From Octopus bimaculoides (lineage: Eukaryota), in the NCBI RefSeq assembly GCF_001194135.2, contig NC_068985.1, forward strand, positions 31,439,547 through 31,503,546: 64,000 bases of DNA. Reading direction: 5' to 3'. The notes beneath the pieces are model-generated. The model saw only the letters and a list, made by a program, of their open reading frames with translations. It was not told the origin of the DNA and made no database searches. Position 1 is the first letter of the stretch; each line of letters opens with the position of its first letter. Shown one piece after another: positions 1 through 11,026 of the stretch. Made by a program: the position numbers and the translations under genes.

Positions 1-719
1 AAATGAAAACTGGTGCCCCCGTTTTGAACACGATCGAAACTTGTTACTTGTATGACGTTAAAAAACAATCAACTTCGAATGCGATGAATTTTCGTTTTTT
101 AATGAACCGGATTTGTATTGGATTAAACCTTAACAATACAACACTAACATTTCCCACCATACTAAGCATTTTCATGTTTAAACTCGATAATTTCCACATA
201 CACACATACGCGTGCGCGAATATGTATGTATATGTACACACAAACACGCACATACGACGGGGCTTCTTTGAATTTCTTTTAACAAAATCCACTCACAAGG
301 CTTTGCTTGGCTTGGGTTAATGATAGAGGGCATGCCTAGGGTGTCACAGATGAACTGGGAAATGAATTTATCAACTACACAGCCATGCCTACGTCTTCAC
401 ACAATCACACATGTGTGTGTGCGCGTGCATGCACACGTGTGTATGTATGTGTGTGTATGTATGTGTGTATATGTGTGCGCGCGAGTATTAATGTTAATTT
501 CAGATTATAAATTTCTTTTCTTTTAGTCGCTACGCATTATCAATTACATAGTTTTCATTAGTTTACATATAACATTGCAAATAACCTACAAATTCTATGG
601 GCACACGAGACTAATTGAAACTTTTGATCTACAAGCAAAAGCAAAACAAAAATAGATTTTTCTGTAAAACACTACATTTTTAAGCTGTTCTTAACTTACT
701 TAAGTATGTAAAAAAAAGA

Positions 720-958
720 TAGGCAGACGTAAATGTGGACCCACCCACTTTTTTTTTTTTTTACAGAAACCCCCATTTTCGAGTACGGAGATTCTGATTT
801 TGCAAAAAGAAAAAAAGCTTTTTAAAATTTTTATTTCTCCCATTAAAATGCCGTTTTTTTTGGGGGGGGGGTCAGAATTAGAATCTTCGTACTCGAAAAT
901 GGGGGATTCTGTAAAAAAAAAACAAAGAGGGTGCGGTCCACATTCTTTACGTCCGCTA
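720..958. mobile_element. Foldback MITE with ~85 bp terminal inverted repeats
   Basis: The left arm GGCAGACGTAAATGTGGACCCACCC..TTACAGAAACCCCCATTTTCGAGTACGGAGATTCTG is the reverse complement of the right arm (CAGAATTAGAATCTTCGTACTCGAAAATGGGGGATTCTGTAA..GGGTGCGGTCCACATTCTTTACGTCCGC). TA lies at both ends. Confidence 0.8.
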
Positions 959-1432
959 AAAAGGCAGATACAAATCATTGGAATAAACATATTTATAGGA
1001 AGTCGTAATAAATATTTTAATGACGTTGTATTAGAAAGCATAGTTTATATATGTATCATTAAAGGGAATGGTATTTGGAGAGTAATGTACCCAGTAACCT
1101 ATTTGGGTCAAAGACGTACCTCCAGACGTAGGAAGTTTGATCAAACCTATCCTTCACCGAATGAATAATTCAACAATGAGATTAAAACTCTAACATTCTG
1201 CTTCTGCCTACGTATGTAACGTTTTAACTATTGATCAAAAGGGAAGACAATCAATAGTATTGATAAGATTAACGTTGTGGCCTAATTCTGTAAGAACTTG
1301 CTTACATGATTTCTTCATGTATGAAACTGTTAGTAACTCAGGATCTTTTCTGTGTGGCTGCCACTTTTCAATTTTGTTCCAATTTCGTTCATAACTATAT
1401 TCGGTGTACATTAAACAATGTGTGTGTGTGTG

Positions 1433-3939
1433 TAGGCATACCTTGGCTTAAGTCATTCTCGATTATACATTGGTTTCCAAAAATTATATATAGGAAAATA
1501 AAAATCAAGGTAAGTCATTCTACTCGACTTTACTACAACAAATATTGGAATCGTAAAATCACTAGAAAACCGTTAAAAGCACATAAAATCATGTTACTGT
1601 ACAATAAATAAGAATAAAAGCATATAAAATCATATTAAAATACATACAGTAAATGTTAACACACACACTATAAAGCAGTGTAGCTTAGTGAACAAAATCA
1701 AGAAATCAGCTGTTTTGTTTTATTTATCAGTCTTTTGGAGCTCATATTGCACTGTAGCTCCAATATCTACCACTAGGCGTTGTTGACACTCATGATTCCT
1801 GCGATTGTTTTGAATTCAGATTTGTTTATCAGCTACTTTCTCATTCTCATTCATTTGTGACTTTATTTTTTGCCCTCTTGGCTCATAAGAAAATTCATAG
1901 TGAAAGTGCTGAGCGTCATGCTATAACACTGGAAGATAAACTGGCTGTGATAAAACGCCATGAAAAGATGAAAAAGTGGTGGCAATTGCACAATCTTTTG
2001 AGATGAGTCAGACAATTGTATCGATGATTGTACATAACAAGGACAAGATTTTAACATATATAAAATCTGAAGCCCCAGGGATGAAGAACACTGTCACCAA
2101 TAAGAAAAGAAGTAAAATCTTTGAAGAAATGGAACGTCTTCTTTCTCTTTGGATTGTTACGTTGGATCGTCAGTGTGCTACTATTAATCAAGAAATCATT
2201 CAAGAAAAAGTGTTGTCTTTAAGGACCTGAAGACAAAATATCCAGATGAGAAAGATGTAGAGTTCAAGGCAAGTCAAGGATGGTTCATGAGATTTAAGGA
2301 GTGAAGTTATCACTCCATTAAGAAGCAAGGTGAAAGTGCATCAGCTGACAAACAAGCAGCAGTGGAATTTACTAATGCATTAAAGAAAATCATCGAAGAA
2401 AATGGGTTTCTTCCTGAACAAATTTTTAACATAGATGAAACTGGATTGTATTGGAAAAAATTGCCAGACCGTTCATTCATTTCCAAGGAGGAGAAAACTA
2501 TTCCAGGCTACAAGGTCTCAAAAGAACGTGTGACCATTATGTTGGGAGGTAATTGTGCAGGAGATTTTAACTTAAAGCCATTGCCTGAAGAACATACCCA
2601 AGGCATCTCTCTCTGTTATATGGATGGCTAATTCAAAAGCATGGGTTACTGTTTTTGGCTCTTCAATCATTTTATCCTAGCAGTAGAGAAGTACTGTAAG
2701 GAGAAGGGGATTCCTTTTAAGGTTTTACTTATCTTAGATAATGCTCCTGGCCACCTGCAAAACGTCGTAGATTTTGACCCCAACATTACCGTTGTATACC
2801 TCCCTCTGAACACCATGTCTCTTCTGCAGCCAATGGATCAGGGAATAATTGCTATCTTCAAGCATTACTATATGAAGTATACGCTGCAGCAAACAATAGC
2901 TGCGACTGATCTTGATGAGTCCATCATACTTCATGACTTTTGGAAGAGATGTGATATCTACAAGGCTGTACAGGACATAGCAGCTGCATGGAATGATGTA
3001 CAGAGCATGGCTATGAATGGTGTATGGGAGAAGCTATGCCCGCAATTCGTGAATGATTTTAAGGGATTTGATAATGTTACCATCAACAAAACGTTGATTA
3101 TAAGCAAAGAACTTCAAATTGATTTCACAGATTTATTTGAAAAAGACAAGCAGTCTCTGATGAATGAGGATTTGATAGAACTTCACGAGCAGCTAAATAA
3201 AGAAGAAGAAGAAGTCAAACCTGAGCCATGTCACTTTACCATTCAGAAAATGCAGCAAGCATTTACATATATCAAAAAAGGTCTTCCTATGTTTGAGGAT
3301 ATGGATCCAAATGCTCAACGCTTTTCCAAGATTATGGGGGCTTGTTACATAGCTTTTGCTCCTTATAATGTAATCCTTGAGGTAAAGAAGAAGACAGTTC
3401 AAGGAATTCTCAAATGGTTTTTTTAAGTGCATCGAACAACAAGAGTCGGAGTCAGCTGTTGATGTTGATGATCCACAGCCATCTACATCCGCAATGTAAA
3501 CCACCGAATTGTATGTACATATTGGTAAATTTAAACTAATTTAGTTTTTTTTTACTATTGGAAAAAGAATAATAATTACTGAATTTATTATTTTACTATG
3601 ATGTCTTATTGCAAAACCCTTTTCATAAATAAAGTGTCCGTGATGTACGGTAAATACCACCAAATTGTATTTGTAAATGTAGATTACCTTTTTATTTTTA
3701 CTGTACTGTATTAAAAAATAAAAATTATTTGTTTGTAAGCTTTGTTTATTAACCATGTATTATTGAAAATGCATTCGTAAATAAAGTACAGAACTGGGAA
3801 TGGTTATTATTGGTTTAACCTAGAGACAAGTAAATTCGGCCTAACCTAGCCTACAGACAAGTTAATTCAGCCTAAGTCGTTTTTCAACTTAAGTCATGCC
3901 TCCCAGAACCAATTAACGACGTAGGATGAAGTATGCCTG
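1433..3939 (+). mobile_element. Full-length, inactive Tigger/pogo DNA transposon
   Basis: The left TIR (T)AGGCATACCTTGGCTTAAGTCATT and the reverse-complemented right TIR CAGGCATACTTCATCCTACGTCGTT share the consensus CAGGCATAC, with several differences explained by CpG decay. The ~2.5 kb span encloses a transposase. Confidence 0.9.
1878..3499 (+). pseudogene. Tigger transposase (CENP-B-type HTH + DDE_1), frameshifted with stops
   Basis: Fragments: RHAITLEDKLAVIKRHEK, ERLLSLWI..QEIIQEKVLSL, FKASQGWF, QIFNIDETGLYWKKLPDRSFISKEEK..KERVTIMLGGN, KVLLILDNAPGH, LPLNTMSLLQPMDQGIIAIFKHYY. They are split over ORFs 1976, 2362 and 2641. Confidence 0.92.
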
Positions 3940-4000
3940 GCCAGCTCCTGTCAACTGTCCTACCCATGCATGCATGGAAGATGGATGTTAAACGATGATA
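3940..4000 (+). mobile_element. 3' tail of RTE-type SINE/LINE
   Basis: Degenerate copy of ..CCAACCCATGCTAGCATGGAAAGCGGACGTTAAACGATGATG, a tail seen many times in this window. Confidence 0.7.
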
Positions 4001-4819
4001 ATTGTATATTTAGCTGGAAGCCAATCTGTAGAATATAAATAATATAATAAAGCGGGGGCCTGCTTAAATATATTTTTTGTAGTGTCTTTTATCCTTTTGT
4101 AGGATTTTTCTTTTTCTTGCTTGCTTGGATAAGATAATTCAAAAGAGATCTTTTTCACAAATTACTTTGCCAAGTAGCTACATTAGATATCTTTCCAAAT
4201 CAGAGGTAAAATGGTCTTAGTTTTCTTTCTTGGGTATATGTAGAGTTCTATAAGAACAACAGTTGTCAAAATCCCAATGTCATATCATTCAACTACTATT
4301 GTAGTTGAATAATATTCTTAATGCCATGATTTACTCACACACAGCATCTTCAGAGCTTTGAAAACTATTAATATTTTTGAAGAGAGCTAGTACCTAGCTA
4401 CATTTTGGCATGTAAAAATTGAGATTTGGTCCAGCAGAAAAAAGTTGGAAGCATGAAGAATTTCATAGTTTTGATCTCATGCAACAAAAATTTCATGAAA
4501 AAAATATAAGTAAGGCAAAAAATTGGATTTAAGTATAATTAACTTTTTTTATTTTAAAAACAAACTATATTTTAATTTAGCTTAAATGATAGAGCTCAAT
4601 TCGAGGCCCAATGTTTGAAGATCATGCTTCACCACCTCGTCCCTTACCTCTGTGAAGCCCAATATTCAAATATCATGCTACTGGCAATGACCATGATTAC
4701 AATTTCATAGATGTCATTTACATGACACCAGCAACGGCCACAACTATGATTTAACTTGGCTCAGTGAGTCTTCTCAAGCTCAGCATATTGCCAAAGGTCT
4801 CAGTCACTAGCAAAAATGA

Positions 4820-4930
4820 GTAGTCCTATGACGGACTGGCGTCCTGTCCAGGTGGGGTATATATATGTCATGAAACTTGGAAACTGGTCCTTGAGTCGGC
4901 ATTACTCAAAAAGGTAACTTTACTTTACCT
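4820..4930 (+). mobile_element. SINE fragment with V-domain-like core
   Basis: CCTATGACGGACTGGCGTCCTGTCCAGG..GGAAACTGG..(TTTAC)n tail resembles the V-SINE central domain; recalled from memory, not aligned. Confidence 0.45.
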
Positions 4931-5039
4931 TTTTCTGGCCAGAAACTACTACCCTTCTGAAATTTTCTCCATATGTCCATTCACCTGTTTGAAGAAAGAG
5001 GCTGTTCAAATCCCCACTTCTTGATATGATGTGACTTCC

Positions 5040-5895
5040 TCTCGCTTCTGGTCCCAATGTCCTTTTTACTCCTCCACGTGTCCTCCTGATCTAAAGATCA
5101 CTGCCCTTCTATTCCATTTCAAAGTTATCAATCCACCTGGATAGGCAACACTCCCTTTGTCATTTTCATAAGGTCATGGGGCTAGCCTCTCCTTTTTTTT
5201 GCCATCAGAGGAGCAAACAATCCTACAAACATCCAAGATATGATGTGGCATTCCATCCACTGGTACATTGTTCTGAGTGTTAACTGCCATCACCCTTCTT
5301 TTCTCCCAATGAGCTGTGTATCATGCATTAGACAGCTTCACCCACACATTGTCTCTGATCTGAACAGATGCAGACCCTTTCACTTCAGACTGTTGTGATG
5401 CAATGCTTGGGCATCTCCATGACTACTGAAATATAGCTCTTTGTGGAACCAACTCCCCAGTTTGTCCTGCTCTGGGCAACATATTGTACCAAAAAACTGC
5501 CTCAATAGGGGAGATCCACACCCTTTCAGCCATGGCTTTGATTGTGCAATGGTGTTGTTCCACAATCCTTTTTCCACTGGGCCTGTAGGTAGTTCTGAAG
5601 AAATGTCTGATTTTCCATCATTTGAGCATCTCTTTCAATTCCCCTGAATGAAATGCTGTGCTATGTCCATCAACAGTTCATCCACTAGTCCCTTTTCTTG
5701 GAATATTGTATTTAGCACCTCTGGAATTTCAGCTAGAGTCTCCATCCTAATTTTCATTCATATTGCTATTTACCCTGGCCCACAGTCAACCATTGGAAGG
5801 TACAAACTTCCTTGATAGTGCATCACATTTATTGCCAACCTCTTCCAGTTTTCTTCCACTTGAATTGTTCCTGTTTCATGCACATTCAGTGAGGG
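5040..5895 (-). pseudogene. Gypsy LTR retrotransposon integrase remnant
   Basis: Minus-strand translation with frameshifts and stops: EENWKRLAINVMHYQGSLYLPMVDCGPG, ELLMD-STAF, FFRTTYRPSGKRIVEQHHCTIKAMAERVWISPIEAVFWYN, VWVKLSNA..NNVPVDGMPH. This is an rve core plus the C-terminal region. Confidence 0.85.
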
Positions 5896-5899
5896 GTCA

Positions 5900-6130
5900 G
5901 ACTGACACCTGTCACAACTCCAAACTAGCCTGTGGCTGACATTGGTAGCCTACTCAGTGTAGATGAGACCTGCATCCCCATTGCACTCAGAGTGGGAGTT
6001 GATGTCTGTAGGGGACTGAGATGTTGTTATGGCAAGCCCCTCAACTCACAGGCCTTCACGGTTTGCCTTGGCATCTAAATGCTGTTCATTTCACTCATCA
6101 CACTGAGCTAACCAAAAGTAGAAGAGCAGA
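5900..6130 (+). mobile_element. CRE-clade non-LTR retrotransposon fragment (copy 1, more degraded)
   Basis: Nucleotide homology to 6795-6960: TGTGGCTGACATTGGTAGCCTACTCAGT..ATTGCACTCAGAGT..GATGTCTGTAGGGGACTGAGATGT. Confidence 0.75.
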
Positions 6131-6789
6131 TTGGTTGATTGATTGATTGCCCTTTCAATACTGCTTTTGTGGATTTTCACATCTCAAGAATCAAATGTTT
6201 AGGAAAAATATACAATTTCATCATACAACTTTCAAAATAACTGTGGAATTTCCACTGCTAGTGATAATGATAGTGTAGTGAACACCAACAATCCAATCTA
6301 ATTAATAATACTTATCCAATGAGGGAAAGTTATTATTAGCTTACTGACTAATATTAGTTTAATCATTTCATCACTTAGACATTTGACATAGTTTGAGTTT
6401 ATGAGACCTACTCAGTGAAGGATAGTCTTTCCTGCAGTGTGAGAGAATCACTTAGATATACAATAGTGTGCATTGAGTATGTGTGAAAAATTTCTGTCAT
6501 GAGAAGTTGTTTACCACTAAGAAAATTTGTATTTATCAATATGTGGACAGAAAACTATCGACAATTAATTATTGAACATTGGTGGATCAATAAAAAAGGG
6601 ATTTAGTTCATAGTTGTTGTTTAGCAACAAGCCTGCTCTCAATGAATAGCCTTACAATCAAAGTATTCCATTCACCCCAATCACATTTCAGCCTTTCCTG
6701 GTGATTAAACAATTTTAAAAAATAAAAACAATAATTTATTATCTCCAAAATCAAGGCAAAAGTTTATGAGTATACTTTAGGGAGAAGAG

Positions 6790-7600
6790 GTTGCTGTCTG
6801 TGGCCAACATTGGTGGTCTACTCAGTCTTGATGATCTCTGCATCTCTATTGCACTCAGAGTAAGAGCTGATGTCTGTGGGGGACTGAGATGTCTCTGTGG
6901 TAGGCTCCTTGACTTCATAGACCTTCATGGTTTATACTGTTGCCTAAATGTTGGTTGTTCCACTCATCACACCAAGCTAAACTTGATTATTAAGTGGGCC
7001 CTGGCTTGGGTTGATATCTCTTCGGTTCTGGAGCCAGCAGGATTATCCAGAAGTGATGGCAAGAGACCAGATGGTCTTGCCCTTTGTCCTTGGTTAAAGA
7101 AGTAGGTGCCTCATCTGGGATGTCACAGTCTGTGACTCCTTTGCTCCCTCCCACATCCTGGATGCTGCAGTAAATGGGAGGATTACTGCTTCCGTAGCTG
7201 AACAGATCAAAATCCATAAGTATCAAGACTTGTCAGAGAACCATTTCTTCCAGCCCATAGTGTTTGAGATGTTTGGAGGGGCTAGGCCACTGATAGCAAA
7301 GTTCTTGTTATCATTGGTGGCTCGCCTTACTGAGGTGTTAGGAGATGTCTGTGAGGGTGCTTGGTTGTTCTAAAGTCTTAGCCTTGCCATCACTTGTGGT
7401 AATGCCATGAGCGTGTCGGTTTGCTTCAGTCGGTTCTGAGACGCTTAATATTGAATTCATGTTTTTTCTTTTTCTTTCTTTCTTCCTCTTTTTCATCTTT
7501 CTTCGCTCATGTTATTGCTTTCTTTGGCTTTAGATTTGTACTTTAATGTGGTTTTGTATTATATGTGTACTTTAATATAGTTTTGTATTATATAATAAAA
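6790..7600 (+). mobile_element. 3' end of CRE-clade (restriction-like endonuclease) non-LTR retrotransposon (copy 2)
   Basis: IALRVRADVC..RCLCGRLLD..LHGLYC (CCHC finger), SVLEPAGLSRSDGKRPDGLALCPW..LIWDVTVCDSFAPSH (RLE PD..D), then AEQIKIHKYQDLSENH..PIVFE..SLAITCGNAM. A T-rich 3'UTR and AATAAA near 7593 follow. Confidence 0.85.
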
Positions 7601-7900
7601 TAATTCCATTGTTGAAAAAAGAAAGACCTCTTTGTGCGGGAGAGAACTTATCCAAACTCTTGAACTTATCTGTAAGAACGACCGTGCGAACCCAAAAGGA
7701 GAAATGGTGACGAATGGAAAACAGGGCTCCTTTCTTAAACACGTCACACGGTCGAACACAAAATATATCAGATGATATAAATATGTTATACTTCGATAAC
7801 ATAGGGAACTAAGAAATGCCAGTAAGATACAAGATAGGACACAACCGATAAAGATGAATAACAGTAAGATTTATTTTAGCATTAAATTGTATGTCTGTGT

Positions 7901-8272
7901 GTGAGTGAATGCGACATAATGAAACACAATAAAAGACAGGCCGTCATGTAAAGAAAAAGTGTGTAAGTAATACATGTATGTGGGTACGAGAGATACACAG
8001 TATTGAAATAGAGTCAGTAACACGTATAAGGATTTAATATACCAGTTCTTAGAGTACACAGTGGTAAGTGTCTGTATATACNNNNNNNNNNGTGAGTGAA
8101 TGCGACATAATGAAACACAATAAAAGACAGGCCGTCATGTAAAGAAAAAGTGTGTAAGTAATACATGTATGTGGGTACGAGAGATACACAGTATTGAAAT
8201 AGAGTCAGTAACACGTATAAGGATTTAATATACCAGTTCTTAGAGTACACAGTGGTAAGTGTCTGTATATAC
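7901..8272. repeat. Identical 181 bp direct duplication flanking a 10-N gap (probable assembly artefact)
   Basis: 7901-8081 is identical to 8092-8272, separated only by N10. Confidence 0.85.
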
Positions 8273-8381
8273 GAAGTTAAGGCGTGTGTGGCAGAGCGAT
8301 CACTAGTTGTGATGTTAGGGCTTCTATGCCAAGCCGGGCTGGATACAGATGTTCTTCGCAGGCTAGGTTCTTGTCTATTAT

Positions 8382-8468
8382 TTATCGTGGTGAAGATGAA
8401 TCACACAAACAGAATCGAAGAGAAGTGCCGCAGTTAGCTGTTGGTAGCTTGTGTACGTGTAGAGTCAT
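8382..8468 (-). other. 28-codon small ORF/uORF MTLHVHKLPTANCGTSLRFCLCDSSSPR* in a putative leader
   Basis: First ATG downstream of the TATA box on the minus strand, in the context GTCAACATGA. TAA at 8384-8382. No family recognised. Confidence 0.35.
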
Positions 8469-8644
8469 GTTGACGCTGGCGGGGACGATGCTGGTAGTCG
8501 TAGTGTTGTGTTGCTGCTGGCGACGTCGGTGGCGATGCTTCTAGTTCGTAGTTGTACGATGGTGTTGATGTCGTCGCTGGAAACTGGTTGCTGCTGTGTT
8601 ATGCGTATGTGGTCAACGTCAGCCAGATCTAGGATCTGAGGCGC

Positions 8645-8815
8645 GACGACTTGGCGGGTATAATTTAGGCTATTTATAGTAAAATAGGGGCTCCAGGAAA
8701 GCATTAGAAAAACACTATCACGTGACCTTATTAGGGGCTGTGATTGGTCGATTTGCGTTCTGGCGGGAACGGTACGAGGCAGTTGCCGCTTCAAATAATA
8801 ATCAGTCACGTGATG
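8645..8815 (-). promoter_or_regulatory. Leftward-firing Pol II core promoter
   Basis: Minus-strand TATAAATA at 8678-8671 and CCAAT at 8747-8743. Two ATCACGTGAC E-boxes in opposite orientation (~8717-8726, 8805-8814). E2F-like TGGCGGG at ~8652 and ~8761. CpG-rich, with a CAA/CAC-rich leader downstream. Confidence 0.7.
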
Positions 8816-9282
8816 GATACAGTAGGCTGCTCTCTACTACGCCCGCACTTGATTATATTTATAACAGTGGGGAAGATGGTTTGTTTGTATATAATGGCGA
8901 TAGAGGTTAGTTTCACTACATATCTATAACGGTATGCGTGTAGTATACAAGAAACAGAAACTGACGAACGTTGGTTCGTTTTAATCACGAATCCTATAAC
9001 CTTATCGAGAGCGCCAGATGTGGGGACAATGAGGTACGTATTTTCACCGAAGAGTTATGAGACCAGGTCACATACATACCGCAACGCAGATGGCAAGATA
9101 GTACCTGCAGACTTCGCATTTGTTTGTTCGCCACTGTATCCATTGTTGTCTGCATTCTTTAGTTTCGTCTTATCTCCACGAAATCGTTTCGAACTCAAAT
9201 TTGTTCACTAGAAAAATTATAACATTAACTGCAAACCGTTTTCAAAGAGTTGCATTATCTGTGACTGTTTCAAAGGTGTTAC

Positions 9283-9920
9283 GAAAGTGAAAGTATATAC
9301 TTCGCCAGAAGCAGATGTTTATCAAATCAAAAAGTGCAAGTTTTTCATGAGTGAAAAGTGAAATTTATAATTTTTTAAAACACAAATGATAAACGGATCT
9401 AATGTCTTTAAATAATTGTTGAAATACAATTTCAACGTGAGTTTAAACTAGATTTTGAATAAAATACTCTGTGGATAGTAGTTTTTTAAGTTGGCACTTA
9501 GATGCTATTACATTCATACTCCCTATCTCATACGTTCAACAATATACGTAATTGATGACTGTCACAAAAGACCTTTCTTTGGAAAAAATTTGTCCGCAAT
9601 GACAAATTTCAGTGAGCTTCGTATGTTTATCACAAACAAGACAAAGGGAATGCGATCAAGAAAGCCAAAATTCTGCAGAAAAGTAATTTTGTCTCATGTA
9701 TTTGTTGTCAATCATTCACTTAATAGCTATACTTTGTTCACGTTAATTACGAATGTAATAACAAAATATTTGGTGTATCTAATTCAAATATTGAGAACAT
9801 CGTACTAGATGCTTTGTATTGATTAGCCAGAAGTCCTGTTCATTTCATTGCGTAGAAAAGTTCCATTTTATAAAAAAAACACTTTCACTTTTCGGCTGGA
9901 AAACACCTGCTTTCACTTTC
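9283..9920. promoter_or_regulatory. Cluster of four IRF-E/ISRE-type elements
   Basis: GAAAGTGAAAGT at 9283-9294 and GAAAAGTGAAA at 9353-9363. Reverse-complement GAAAAGTGAAAGT at 9881-9893 and GAAAGTGAAAGC at 9909-9920. Confidence 0.6.
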
Positions 9921-10797
9921 ATGACGGTTTAGAAACAAAGCGTCATAAGCATTTGCAATTTACGCATCACAATTTAATCCACGCAGTAAATAATTTGTCG
10001 TTATGCAAATTTCGACTTGTATGTATTTAATATGTGTGAAAAAAACCCAAAATAAATTGATGTGTTTCACAGACCAGTCCTTAACATAACTACCAGTTAC
10101 AAGATCTTACACCAACCACAACGAAGTTACGTCCCTTGCACCAGGAATGTAACATGGCTGTCTTAGGGATTATAAAAAATATTTAATAACGAATTATATT
10201 AATGATGTTCACAAATGTTTATTTATTTTATTTTACCGTAATATTTAGTGGCTTGGAATAATTTAATGTCGTTACTACATTACTAGCTATAATTAGATAA
10301 AATGGATACGTTATTCTTTAATCCCAGGCCAGCATTAATCGAGAAGACTACAAAGTACTGCCCATCCAGTGTTCCGTTTTTGAGGTAATATATGTCCAGG
10401 ACCACATTATCCATTATGTTTGGGTTCTTTTAAGACAGTAGGATATGACTTGAAGGAGGTTTAGCCTATATTTCGAGTCGATCTTCGTTAGATCGTAATT
10501 GTGAAATGTATAGTTGGTTAAAAAAATTCCCTTGATATAATTCATAAAATTTACTTTTACGAATAAAAATATATTCCATCAGGTTACTTTAAGTTGACTG
10601 TGTTCTATTTACGTTGCTGTAAAAAAACAACAGCAAATACAAAAAAAAAAACAGAAAAATACTTTTTCCCCCCGAAACAGATTTCTTTTGTCGTAATAGA
10701 TAATACGTGGTGACGTACCGCAATTGTGAAACCCACCCATACTAGAAAAAAACTTCATTGGTTGGCCACTTTAGAAGTAGGAAGGAAAACTTGTATT

Positions 10798-10832
10798 AGT
10801 TTCGGTTTTTTTATTCTTTTTCTTTCACTTAC
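10798..10832. promoter_or_regulatory. Proximal ISRE-like pair upstream of the ankyrin gene ATG
   Basis: AGTTTCGGTTTT (10798-10809) and TCTTTCACTTAC (10821-10832), about 200 bp before ATG 11027. Confidence 0.45.
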
Positions 10833-11026
10833 ACAATCCAGAAATATGGCAACGTATTTACGTTTATATGGTTAAGCAATGATTTTAACATGACATTTTA
10901 TATTAAATATGTCCCGAATTAATTTTAAAAACAGTGGAAGAAATGAAAGGTATGACTTATTCTTAATGAAAACGAATCCAGAATTGATTTGAATGTTAGA
11001 AATTGAACTACGATAAAACAAGTAAA

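Noticed and set aside
8420-8640. Partial resemblance to miR-34 (GTTAGCTG) and miR-750 (CCAGATCTA)
   Set aside because: Matches are under 10 nt and not in a pre-miRNA hairpin.
8465-8809. 114-aa minus-strand ORF across the promoter
   Set aside because: It starts upstream of and runs through the TATA/CCAAT boxes from a non-ATG codon; better explained as promoter plus leader.
9008-9025. CTCF-like GCGCCAGATGTGG
   Set aside because: The core differs from the GCGCC(A/C)(T/C)CT consensus; weak match.
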